Assembly: GCA_964019335.1 (NCBI GenBank)
Contig: OZ025711.1
Coordinates: 124,001 to 188,000, forward strand
Length of the DNA stretch: 64,000 nucleotides
Direction: 5' to 3'
Origin: Diplonema japonicum
Taxonomy: Eukaryota; Protista; Euglenozoa: Diplonemea
The notes beneath the pieces are model-generated. The model was not told the DNA's origin and made no database searches. It saw only the letters and a program-made list of their open reading frames with translations. Positions 14,148 to 25,800 of this stretch are shown piece by piece. Position 1 is the first letter of the stretch; each line of letters begins with the position of its first letter. A program made the position numbers and the translations under genes.

Positions 14148-15494
14148 GTTGCTTCCTTGGTGTCTTCGCTACACCCTGGTGTACTGTGGGGTTTTTTTTT
14201 TTTTGAATGTGGACTTACAAATATAAAAATGTCAAATAGAGAAAGTGTGCAAAATGTATCTCATCCGCATCCAAGGCGGATCTACGTCAACTCTCGCCAA
14301 AACCCTTCCAATGTTTCATCTCTAGGCTCACACACTTGTCTATAAAGATGAACTCGTACCGCTTCAACTTAGCAAACATGTCTTGAAACTCTTCCTTGGC
14401 CCTATCGCAACAAAGGCGGCTGCGGACTTCGTTTATCTCAGGTGTAAAGAATATTTCTGTGTTATCCCCACCACAAAGGAGGAGGGGAAAGGAGGATAAA
14501 CCCAACTCACAGCCTTCACATGGCACCTCCTGTAAGTAAGCTTTGGCTGAAACCAATGTGAGCTGGTAAACAAAGAACAAAAAAACACAAGGGTGAGAAG
14601 GGTTGGTTTTAAATGTGAGAAGAGTAACAGAGGGAAGCCAAAGAGAGCAGTAAAAAAGTGAATTGACAAAGGGGAAAAAGGGAGGAATAGCAGACAAAAG
14701 GGAAAAGAAATATGCAAGTATACACACAGCGGTAGGGACAAGCCAAGCCCAAAGCATAGAATAACCCTACACTGCCCAACATCAACACTTAGGCTCTGCC
14801 AAAGGCAGACCAGGAATCATTAGCATTTATCAGTGTTTTATGAGGAAAAGGGGGGGGGGGGAGAAAGAAATAAAAAACCCACTTCCATTTTTTGGCAAAT
14901 ACTTGTAGATAAAGGACCCACAATTTTGTGGTATGAGTACATGGAAGGATCCACCACCACCAGGCCAGACCGGTAGGGGTCTGAGGGTAGAAAAAACGAC
15001 CAGTCTGAGGGGTCTGAGGGGTCTGGCCGGTCCAGCCCACAAACCACCCCAACACCGCGAATTTTCGACCACACCATGTGGTGTGTTGTGACATATTTTA
15101 CACCATATTTCGCATACCTGACGTTCCACACGATGTATGCAACACAGGGTGCACAACACGGCACGTGTTTCATAACATGTACCACTATGCTGCACAGGGA
15201 AAAGCAGGCGTCACAACATGCACCTCTGGTGCACAAAAAAAAAGGAAAAGAAAAAAATGATCTCCTATATATTATTTCAGATGGTGGGGACATGGAATGG
15301 GATGAGCAGGACAAATGAAAAAATAATAAGAAAAGGAAAAATAAATGAGAAAGAAAAAAAAGAGAACATGTGTAAGATTAAAAGAAAAAAAAAAGAAAAA
15401 AAGGGAAAAGAAGAGCACCATGAAAGAAGAAAGAAGGAAAAAAGTTTGTGAGCAGCAGCCTTATTTAATCCCGTTTACCCCAACAACCCAACAC

Positions 15495-18400
15495 GAGTTG
15501 TAGCTTCTTCTGTGTTCCACGTCGTGTCCTTAATGCATGTGGTGTACAGCTCAACCCCAGCCGGAGCATCCCAGGTAACCAAGATGCTGCACTTGTGCAG
15601 TTTGTTGTCTGTTCGTCACCCTGAGCATCTGCGTTACACACCAGTGCTACCGGTGATGACCAACGAGGAGGTCAACAGTGAACAACATCTGATGTTTTTC
15701 TTATATTTTCATGTTATCTCCACCACCTGAAAAAAGAAAACTCGATGATTTAAAGGAAGCCGGTGGGGGCACCCTGCACAAGCACCATTTACTTGATTAC
15801 AGGGGGTGCACCTCAGCCTAGCTGTAGCTTCTTCTGCGTTCTGCATCGTGTCCTTAATGCGTGCGGTGTGCAGCTCAACCCCAGCAGTGTTGTTATGAGA
15901 ATGGGTTGCCCCCCCGAGATTTTCAGGGGGCACAGGGGGGCAAATCTGGGGGGTGGGGGGGGGGGGGGCAAAAGAAATTTTTTTCCACCCAAAAAAAGTT
16001 GTCAAAGACACCTAAAAATTGATTTTATTTCCAAAAAAAAATTTTTTTTTCTCAAAAGTACCTATCCTAGGCCTTATTAGAGGCTTTTAGTGAAGTGGGG
16101 TGAAAGTGAGAAGTTTGGGGGTCAAAAAAAAAGGTGCCCAAAAAAAATTATTTTTCACATGAACAAGTGGTCAAAAACACCTGAAAAGTGGTTTTTTATC
16201 TCAGAAAAATTGATTTTTTTTCCATAAGGGTACTATATCAGGCCTGGTAATGGTCTATCTGTTGGTTTTCTCTCCTTTATAACTTACCCTTCTCATTCTT
16301 TGTATTTACCCCCTGTTTTTTTACTGTACTTTATTGGGTGCATGGGGTGCTGGAAAAAAAAAAAAAAAAAAAAAATAGTGTCCAAAAAAATTGTTTTTCC
16401 TCCCAAAAAAAGTGGCCAAAAACACCCTTAAATTGATTTTTTCTTATAGGTTCAGAAAAAAACTAAAGAATAATTCAAATGTGTGAAATTGTGTGTTTCC
16501 TGAAAAGTGAGTTATAAGGTGCTAGAATGATATAAATCTTAAATTTTCAGAAGAAAGTTGATTTCTTGAAGGAAAAAAAAAATTCGATTAGGTAACCACA
16601 GCTGGGAAACCTACTTCAAGGAGCATTTTGCTTATCATCACTTTTTTTTCAAATATTTTTGGACAATGATTTTTTTTTTTCCTTTTTTTTTTTTTTTTTT
16701 TCTTCTTCTTCTTCTTCTTTGTATCACAGACATGCACAGCTCCATCAAGCCATTTGCACCTATCTACTCTAGTGCACTGCAGCTGCAGGTATGTACATAT
16801 GTCCAGAAATGTTGTATTTGGATGTAACCCAGCTGTGGTGATCAATGTGGAACGCAGAAGAAGCTACAACCCAGCTGTGGTGAGAGATATATGAGTTAAA
16901 GGACCTGCACAAGACTATTACAGGGGGTACACCACAGCTTCTTCTGCATTCCATGTTGTGTCCTTAATGTGTGTGGTGTTCAGCTCAACCCCAGCCAGGG
17001 CATCCTGGGTAACCAGATTCTGCTCATGCAGGGGTGGGTCATTCCATTCCCTTCCACCAAACTGAAAAGTTGGAGCTTGGTAGAACAGCAGAACCAGTGG
17101 AACCAGAACTTGGTGGAACAGGGAATTCCTTACCTTTTTTTTTTTTCCTCTTTGCATCATCAAGGTTGAAAGTGGTGACTATATCACCACAACACTGACA
17201 GCACAATATTCCATGTTGTGTCCTTAATGTGTGCAGTGTGCAGCTCAACACCAGCCATGGCCCTGGTAACCAAGATTCTGGGCCTGTGTAGTTTGCTGCC
17301 AGTTCATCACCCTGAGCATCTGCAATATGTTCCTCCACTCAGGCACAATCAGTGATGACCAACATGGAGGTCAACAGCAAACAACACATCTGATGTACTT
17401 CTTATATTTCCATATTTCTGTGATCCCCACCACCAAATAACATGAAAGAGGTAAAGGAGACCAGTGACAGGGGGTGCACCTTGGCCGCTGCTGTGTTCTG
17501 TGTCGTGTCCTTAATGCATGCAGTGTGCAGCTCAACCCCAGCTGGTGCCCTAAGTAGTTTACTCACCCTGAGCATCTGCAATTTGTTCTTCCACTCAGGG
17601 TGCTACAGGTGATGACCAGCCAAGTGGATGGAGGAAATGCCTGTTCATCGTGTTGGCGGTGTGCACAAGAACTGTTAACTTGATACAGGGGGGCACTGCA
17701 GCTGAGTTGTAGCTTCTTCTGTGTTCTGTGTTGTGTTCTTAATGTGTGCAGTGTGCAGCTTAACCCCAGCCATAGCAACCCGGGGTAACCAAGATTCTGT
17801 GCTCATGCAGTTTGCTGCCAATTCATCACCCTGAGCATCTGCATTATGTTCTCCACTTGGGCACTACTGGTGATGACCAACATGGAGGTCAACAGCAAAC
17901 AACACATCTGATGTACTTCTTATATTTCTATGTTATCCCCACCACCTGAATGATATATATATGAGTTAAAAGAGGCCGGTGTTGGTGGCGCCCTGCACAA
18001 GAACTGTCTGCTTGATTACAGGGGCACACTGCAACTGAGTTGTAGCTTCTTCTGCATTCCGTGTCATGTCTTTAATGTGTGTGGTGTAGTTTGCTGCCTG
18101 TTTGTCACCCTAAGCATCTGCATTATGTTCTTCCACTCGGGAGCTACCGGTGATGACTGATGAGGAGGTCAACAGTGAACAACACATCTGATGTTTTTTC
18201 ATTCTATCCCCACCACCTTTGGAATAATATACAAGAGTTAAAGGAGGCCAGTGTTGGCAGTGCCCTGCACAAGAACTGTCTACTTGATTACAGGGGGTGC
18301 ACCACAGCCGGGTTGTAGCTTCTTCTGCATTCTGCATCGTGTCCTTAATCACTGTGGCCGAGTTGTAGCTTCTTCTGTGCTCCGTGTCATGTCCTTAATG

Positions 18401-18560
18401 TGTGTGGGGTTCAGCTCAACCCTAGCCGGGGTGCCCTGGGTAACCAAGATTCTGCACTTGTGTGGTTTGCTCGGTGATGACCAATGAGGAGGTCAACAGT
18501 AAACAACACATCTGATGTTTTTCTTATATTTTCATGTTATCCCCACCACCTGAAAAGAAG

Positions 18561-18598
<38 letters not shown>

Positions 18599-21449
18599 AA
18601 CTCGGTTGAGGGTTTTATACCTAAGGTACTGAGGAGGGTGAACGAGGGGCTGAAGGCCACACCACAGCAGAAAGGTTTGATCAAGAGATAGATTGAGACT
18701 CTTCAGGCATCCTGCCACATACTGCAGGTACCCTTAAATGTCTCTTTTCTTTTTCTTTTTTTTTTTCTTTTATTAAGGTGGTGGGGATAACATGGAAATA
18801 TAAGAAGTACATCAGATGTGTTGTTTGCTGTTGACCTCCACGTCAGTCATCACCGGTAGTGCCCGAGTGGAAGAGCATAACGCAGATGCTCAGGGTGACA
18901 AACAGGCAGCAAACTGCATGAGCACAGAATCTTGGTTACCCAGGATGCCCCGGCTAGGGTTGAGCACACCACACGCATTAAGGACACGACGCGGAATGCA
19001 GAAGAAGCTACAACTTGGCCGAGGAGCACCCCCTGTAATCAAGTAGGTAGTTCTTGCTTCATTGCACGCTTAATGCCACCTAGTGTTGCAATCAAAGCCC
19101 CATTTTTTTTTTTTCTTCGTTTCTCGTTGTTTTTGTTGTTGTTGTCATCTCTCAGTACCTGTGTAACATCTTTTCTTGTAGACATCTGTTTATATGTTTG
19201 AACTCTGCAGCAAAAAAAGGGGGGGATGTGGTGTTGTGGTTGTATCTTGTACAGTCTGGTTCAGTCCAGTCCAGTCCAGTCTGGTCCGGTCCGGTCCGGT
19301 CCAGTCTGGTCAGTCCAGTCAGTCCAGCATAATTGGGTCGAAATTCACGCCGGATCCGGTCCGGTCCAGTCCAGTCTGGTCTAGTCCTAATTAGGATTCA
19401 CCCATCACTGCCAGACTGACTGGACTCAAAAATTTTCTGCAATTTTTGACACACCTGCAAACACTTTTTTTTTCAAATATTTTTGGACAATGATTTTTTT
19501 TTCCTTTTTTTTTTCTTCTTCTTCTTCTTCTTTGTACCACAGACATGCACAGCTCCATCAAGCCATTTGCACCTATCTACTCTAGTGCACTGCAGCTGCA
19601 GGTATGTACATATGTCCGGAAATGTTGTATTTGGATGTAACCCGGCTGTGGTGATCGACGTGGAACGCAGAAGAAGCTACAACCCGGCCGCGGTGAGAGA
19701 TATATGAGTTAAAAGACCTGCACAAGACTACTTGATTACAGGGGGTACACCACAGCCGAGTTGTAGCTTCTTCTGCGTTCTGCATCGTGTCCTTAATGTG
19801 TGCAGTGTTCAGCTCAACCCCAGCCGGGGCGTCCTGGGTAACCAGATTCTGCTTGTGCAGGGGTGGGTCGTTCCGTTCCCTTCTGCCAAACTGAAAAGTC
19901 GGAGCTTGGTGGAATGGCAGAACCAGCGGAACCGGAACTTGGTGGAACAGGGAATTCCTTACCTTTTTTTTTTTTTTTTTTTTTTTCCTATTGTCCTTAA
20001 TCACTGCAGCCGGGTTGTAGCTTCTTCTGCGTTCCGCGTCGTGTCCTCAATGTGTGCAGTGTTCAGCTCAACCCCAGCCAGGGCGTCCCGGGTAACCAGA
20101 TTCTGCTCATGCAGGGGTGGGTCGTTTTGTTCCCTTCCACCAAACTGAAAAGTCGGAACTTGGTGGAATGGTGGAACCGGAACTTGGCAGACAGGGAATT
20201 CCTAACCTATTTTTTTTTTTTTTTTCCCCTTTCCCCCCCCCTTCTTTTTTTTTTTCCTCTTTGCATCATCAAGGTTGAAAGTGGTGACTATATCACCACA
20301 ACACTGACAGCACAATATTCCATGTTGTGTCCTTAATGTGTGCAGTGCAGCTCAACACCAGAGCATCTGGAATACGTTCCTCCACTCGGGCGCTACCAGT
20401 GATGGCCGACGTGGAGGTCAACAGCAAACAACACATCTGATGTACTTCTTATATTTCTATGTTATCTCCACCACCTGAATGATATATTTATGAGTTAAAA
20501 GAGGCCGGTGTTGGTGGCGCCCTGCACAAGAACTGTCTACTTGATTACAGGGGGCACACCGCAACCGAGTTGTAGCTTCTTCTGCATTCCGTGTCATGTC
20601 TTTAATGTGTGTGGTGTACAGCTCAACCCCAGCCGGAGTGTCCCAGGTAACCAAGATTCGGTGCTTGTGCAGTTTGCTGCCTGTTTGTCACCCTGAGCAT
20701 CTGCATTATGTTCTTCCACTCGGGAGCTACCGGTGATGACCGATGAGGAGGTCAACAGCGAACAACACATCTGATGTTTTTTCATGCTATCCCCACCACC
20801 TTTGAAATAATATACAAGAGTTAAAGGAGGCCGGTGTTGGCAGTGCCCTGCACAAGAACTGTCTACTTGATTACAGGGGGTGCACCACAGCCGGGTTGTA
20901 GCTTCTTCTGCATTCTGCATCGTGTCCTTAATCACCGCGGCCGAGTTGTAGCTTCTTCTGTGTTCTGTGTCGTGTCCTTAATGTGTGCGGTGTTCAGCTC
21001 AATCCTAGCCGGGGCGCCCCGGGTAACCAAGATTCTGCACTCATGCGGTTTACTTGGTGATGACTGATGAGGAGGTCAACAGCAAACACATCTGATGTTT
21101 TTCTTATATTTTCATGTTATCCCCACCACCTGAAAAAGAAGATAAAGGTTTTTTTTTTTTTTTTTTTTTTTCTTCGTTTCTCGTTGTTGTTGTTGTTGTC
21201 GTCTCAGTACCTGTGTAACATCTTTTCTTGTAGACATCTGTTTATACGTTTGAACTCTGCAGCAAAAAAAAAGGGGGGATGTGGTGTTGTGGTTGTATCT
21301 TGTCCGGTCCAGTCCGGTCAGTCCGGTCAGTCTGGCGTAATTGGGTCGAAATTCACGCCGGATCCGGTCCAGTCCGGTCTAGTCCTAATTAGGATTCACC
21401 CATCACTGGACTGGGGGTGGTATGCAGCTTTCCAGCTGGGGGAGTCTGG

Positions 21450-21489
<40 letters not shown>

Positions 21490-21950
21490 CATGGGTAATT
21501 TGTTCTGTGTTTCGTGTTGTTCCATTTTTGTTCCGTCTTGTCCCTGGAACTAGTAGCCCACACTACTTGTCCCAGAACTAGCAGCCCAACACTGTATGAA
21601 CTAGAAACCATCGTTTTGAGAGGAAGCACTGACAATTTTAACATAATCTTAAAGGCTAAGATACCAGTGTTGGGGTAAGTGTAATATGCATTAAAAAAAA
21701 AAAGAGGTAAAGGTCACCCACCTCCTGTATAACTACTTTAGTACAACTAAAAAGGAAAGAGAGTTTTTAATTTTCTTTTTGAAATATGATCAACATTAGT
21801 AGTGTAATTTTCCCTTCGAACTTTATCAACCAATGTGTTATTTGATGAATTGTCCCCTTTTTCCCCTCTTCTTTTGTTTTATTTTATTTTTTTGATTTTT
21901 TTGGTGGGGATAACATGGAAATATAAGAAGTATATCAGATGTGTTGTTCA
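15495..21950. repeat. Complex ~330-bp repeat family (more than 10 full or partial copies, some inverted) with a ~2.6-2.8 kb higher-order duplication
   Basis: Recurring block gttgtagcttcttctg...gtccttaatg...cagctcaaccccagcc...ggtaaccaagattc...caccctgagcatctgc...ggaggtcaacag...catctgatg...gttatccccaccacc...cctgcacaagaactgtctacttgattacagggg. Inverted copies lie at ~18775-19050 and ~21900-21950. Segment ~16640-18560 recurs at ~19460-21130, and ~19110-19410 recurs at ~21170-21408. Confidence 0.92.
19401..21674. mobile_element. Possible hAT-like non-autonomous transposon termini (relics)
   Basis: CCCATCACTG at 19401-19410 and 21399-21408 follows (GTCCA/GTCCG)n subterminal-like repeats. CCCAACACTG is at 21585-21594 and CAGTGTTGGG at 21665-21674. 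No transposase and no matching 8-bp TSD were identified. Confidence 0.3.
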
Positions 21951-22814
21951 CAAGTTCACAACTAGTCCACAAGTCCGGAAACTCAAGAATCTTCTTTTCC
22001 TGAGTCCAAGGTGGATAACGGTACCTCCCCTAGCGGGTTGCTCCTCATGTTGGAGTGGTGGGTGACGCCTCACCTGAGACAAGACTATGTAAAGGTGTTG
22101 GCCGGCCTTGAGCCATTGCACTCCCCAACGGTAGTCGTGATATCATCACCCTGACATGAAACCCCCTTTTAAACTGTCGGGCCAGTGTTGCTGCGGTTAA
22201 CGCCCTCAGGGCCCACAGTAAACACCGTCACACCGCTGGGTCAAGGTGTGCAGCCTGTAAAGGACGTCGCTGGCTTACTCCAAGGTACCTATATTTCAAA
22301 ACCTAGAGTAATGGTGACACTCCCACCGGCGCGGTGAGATGGAAAACTGTGCACTCCCCACCCACTCACTCCCACCCAAGTCACTATTAGCTAACACAAA
22401 TCAAGCAAAGTAGTGGCATGTGCGTGCATTCGAGACGTATAAAAGGGAGGCCAGTTCTCTCAGGCGGAATTCGTCAACATGGCAGGCCAAAGACATCAGT
22501 AACTACAAATGCAGCGGTGTACCGTGTACCGTATCGTATTGGTGATGTTAGCTATTTGTTCGAACAGATGAATGACTCAACGCGACACAACGATGACGCA
22601 AAGCAACGCGATGACAACGTAACATGACGCAATGCACTGCACAACGACACAACACCTGTACCAAAACTCTCGTCAAATGAATGCTAACTGTTATTATTCT
22701 TTTCGTTTTTTTCTCTAAAATTCAATACACATCATTCAGGAAACAAAAAGAAAAAAAAAGAAGGAAAGAGTAAAAAAAAAATTTCCTTCATTAGGAGTGC
22801 GCACAGCTCCTAAG

Positions 22815-25800
22815 ATGCATCGCCCGTTGATGATGCTGTCGCTAACGGCGTCGTGCTATGCCACCTTCTACAACCAGGGTGTGCCGATGACGCCATTTCC
22901 AGACGTGAAGTGCTCGGACATCACTTTCACGCCTGGTGCAGGGTGTAACTGCAACACGCAGATCAGCGGCTCGGTGGTGGACGTGGAGGATGGCTTCGAC
23001 CCTGCCACGGACACGCTCACCTGCGGGGCGTGTGCCGGGCTGGGGATCACCCCCAACTTTGACACCACAACAGGCATCTTGCAGATGTCTGGTACCGCCA
23101 CGATCGACGAGTACGCACAGGCCATCGCCACCGTGACCTTCACGTCGACGTCGGGAGCTGGAACCTCCCGTCGCCTGACCTACAACTTCGGTCACGCCAT
23201 GTACTCCACGCACACGGGGCACTTCTACGAGTACTACCCGAAGAACAGCGTGAATTGCAACACAGGGGGTTTCTGCCACTGGGACGACGCACAGTCCGAG
23301 TGTGCCGACAAATCGAAGGACATCCTCGGCCTTGCAGGCTACCTCGTCACCATCACCTCGCAGGACGAGCAGGACGTCGCCTCGGCGAAGCTGCACGGAG
23401 AGGGTTGGATCGGTTCAGCAGACATCGCGAAGGAAGGGGAGTGGCGCTGGCTGACCGGCCCTGAAGGGTGCCCCCCTTACAACCTTGCTCTGACAGGCGC
23501 TGCAAGGACCGCTTGTGACATGGGCTACCCCCTTCCTGAGAACAAGAACCCGTGCACCGGACCCGACTGCGGGCAGGGGCAGCTCATCGGGACCGGCAAG
23601 GGGTCAAGCTTCAAGACCGCTCCGGGAGCTTACGAGAACTGGGAGTCCGGTGAGCCGAACGAGTACTCTAAGGACTGCTCGCCAGCGACGTGCTCGACGA
23701 CTGGAGAAGACTACGGACACTACTACGGGAACGGAAGGTGGAACGACTACCCGAACGGACACAACCGCATCGAAGGCTACGTGTGCGAGTGGGGTGGTGT
23801 GGGGGAACTCTGCATGAACAAGGACGACGTGTTCGGTTCGCAGATTGTGGTGGCTGGATGCGACTCCTACAAGAACCGAGGGGCATGCGAAGCCCGCCTC
23901 CCCGCCGACTCCTGCAAGTGGGACACAACACAGAGCCCCGCGAAGTGTGTGGAGGTCGGGTGCCACCGCTACGGGGACGAAACGACCTGCGAAGGCGACG
24001 TGACGTGCGACTGGGACACGACGAAGAGCCCACCTGAGTGCGTGGACAACTACTGCGCGGTGACGCACCTCACGGAAGCGGACTGCAACGCTGACAATAC
24101 CGCCGACGGTCCGTGCTACTGGAACACCAACATTGCAGGGGACAAGAAGTGCCAGACCCTCGTCTGCGCCGACGTGACCGACAAGTGCAAGTGCATCCAG
24201 TCCTCCCCCCAGTGCCAGTGGGACTCCTCGAGGGGGGGCTGCCACAACCCCAGCATTACAAAAACCGCAGTCTGTGGGGACCTGACCACGGAAACTTCGT
24301 GCATGGCCGATACCACCTGCAACTGGGACTCCTCGAAAACTCCATTGTGTCAGCTGTCCGAGTGCTACCCGCTCTGCACACAGCAGACCTGCGTCGCGAA
24401 GGCCGGATGTGCCTGGGACGGAAACGACTGCCGTAGGGAGCCCCCTGGCTGCGCTGCGCACACAGACGTCGCTGCATGCCAGCAGGATGAGAAGTGCCTG
24501 TGGAACGTGATGTGGAGCACCGCGAACACGTGCGTGGAGAACCCATGTAGGACGCACACCGACCAGCAGTCGTGCACCGCAGTCGCGGTGGAGATGCCCT
24601 CTCCGTGCACACCGCCCGCTGGGAACCCCGATTACTGCTTCCTCAATGTGTGCGACTTCGACTCCACGAAGACGCCCACCTGCTACCCGAAGAAGTGTTT
24701 GCAGACCTCTGAAGGGAAGTGTTTGGCCGAGTCTGGGTGCCAGTGGGTCCCCCTTCAGACCCCTCCCCCTGCTGGCCCTCCGTCGACCCTTGTTGAGTAC
24801 TGCACGGAAGAAAAATGCAAGCACACCACGGTGCAACTGTGCGAGAACGACCCTTACTGCAAGTGGGACGACCAGAGGACGACCTGCGTGGAAGCGCCCT
24901 GCCCCAAGCACCCCGACGAACTCACGTGTGACCAAGACAAGGTGTGTCACTGGGACGCTTCAATCAACCCTCCGATCTGTACCCCGACGGAGTGCGGTGT
25001 GCACACGACGCAAGGAACATGCGAAACGAACACGAACTGTATGTGGGACGGAAGCTCTACCCCCGCTCACTGCAAAGCCGCCACTTGTGAGAAGTACAAC
25101 ACACCCAAGAAGAAGTGTGGGTGCGTGGCTGACCCCGAGTGCTCGTGGGTTGTGGACACGACTGGCTCGGGCAACGACCACTGCGCGAAGACCTCTTACT
25201 CCACGTGCCCCGATCTGGATGTTGCTTTTGTGCTTGACGGATCTGGCTCAATGTCGAGGTCCTTTGGGAACCACCCGCACGGCTTCTATGGGCTGCTGGA
25301 GACATTGAGGGATTGGGTGAAGACGCTTCCCCTCACGGGGGAGGACCACACGGTTGGTGGCGCATCGAATGTGAAGGGCGGTGGATTCCGTCTCACTTTT
25401 ATCCAGTTCTCGAGGGCAGAGGCGACGCCTGCGATGGACCATCCCACGGGCTGCGCAGTGGGCAAGTGCACGGACGGTCTCCTCTCTGGTAACCTCAATG
25501 AGCTGATGGGAGACATCGACTGGCATGAGGCGAACTACCAGTCGCACTGGACTTACCTCCACGATGCTCTTTTGGACGTGGCGGACCACACCTTCCTCCC
25601 CAGCCAGTCCCCTTCACACAGGAAGCACGTGGTAATAATTATCGCTGACGGTGGTCTCACTGACTACGACGGTGACGCGTGCAGTGGTACCTCCTGTGGA
25701 CGATGCCCCAGCGGCTGCGACTCGCAGTGGAAGCCCACCTACCCCGGAATGCTGGACGACGCGCAGCAGAAGCTCCGTGACGAGGATGTGGTGGTGTTCG

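Noticed and set aside
14287-14757. Minus-strand ORF with a coding-like C-terminal half (EIFFTPEINEVRSRLCCDRAKEEFQDMFAKLKRYEF)
   Set aside because: No recognisable homology or convincing gene model. It may be a small spliced gene or relic, but I cannot support a call.
15495-21950. CRISPR-like array, or coding ORFs within the repeat region
   Set aside because: Units are ~330 bp and degenerate, with no unique equal-length spacers and no cas genes. The ORFs are short and inconsistent between copies.
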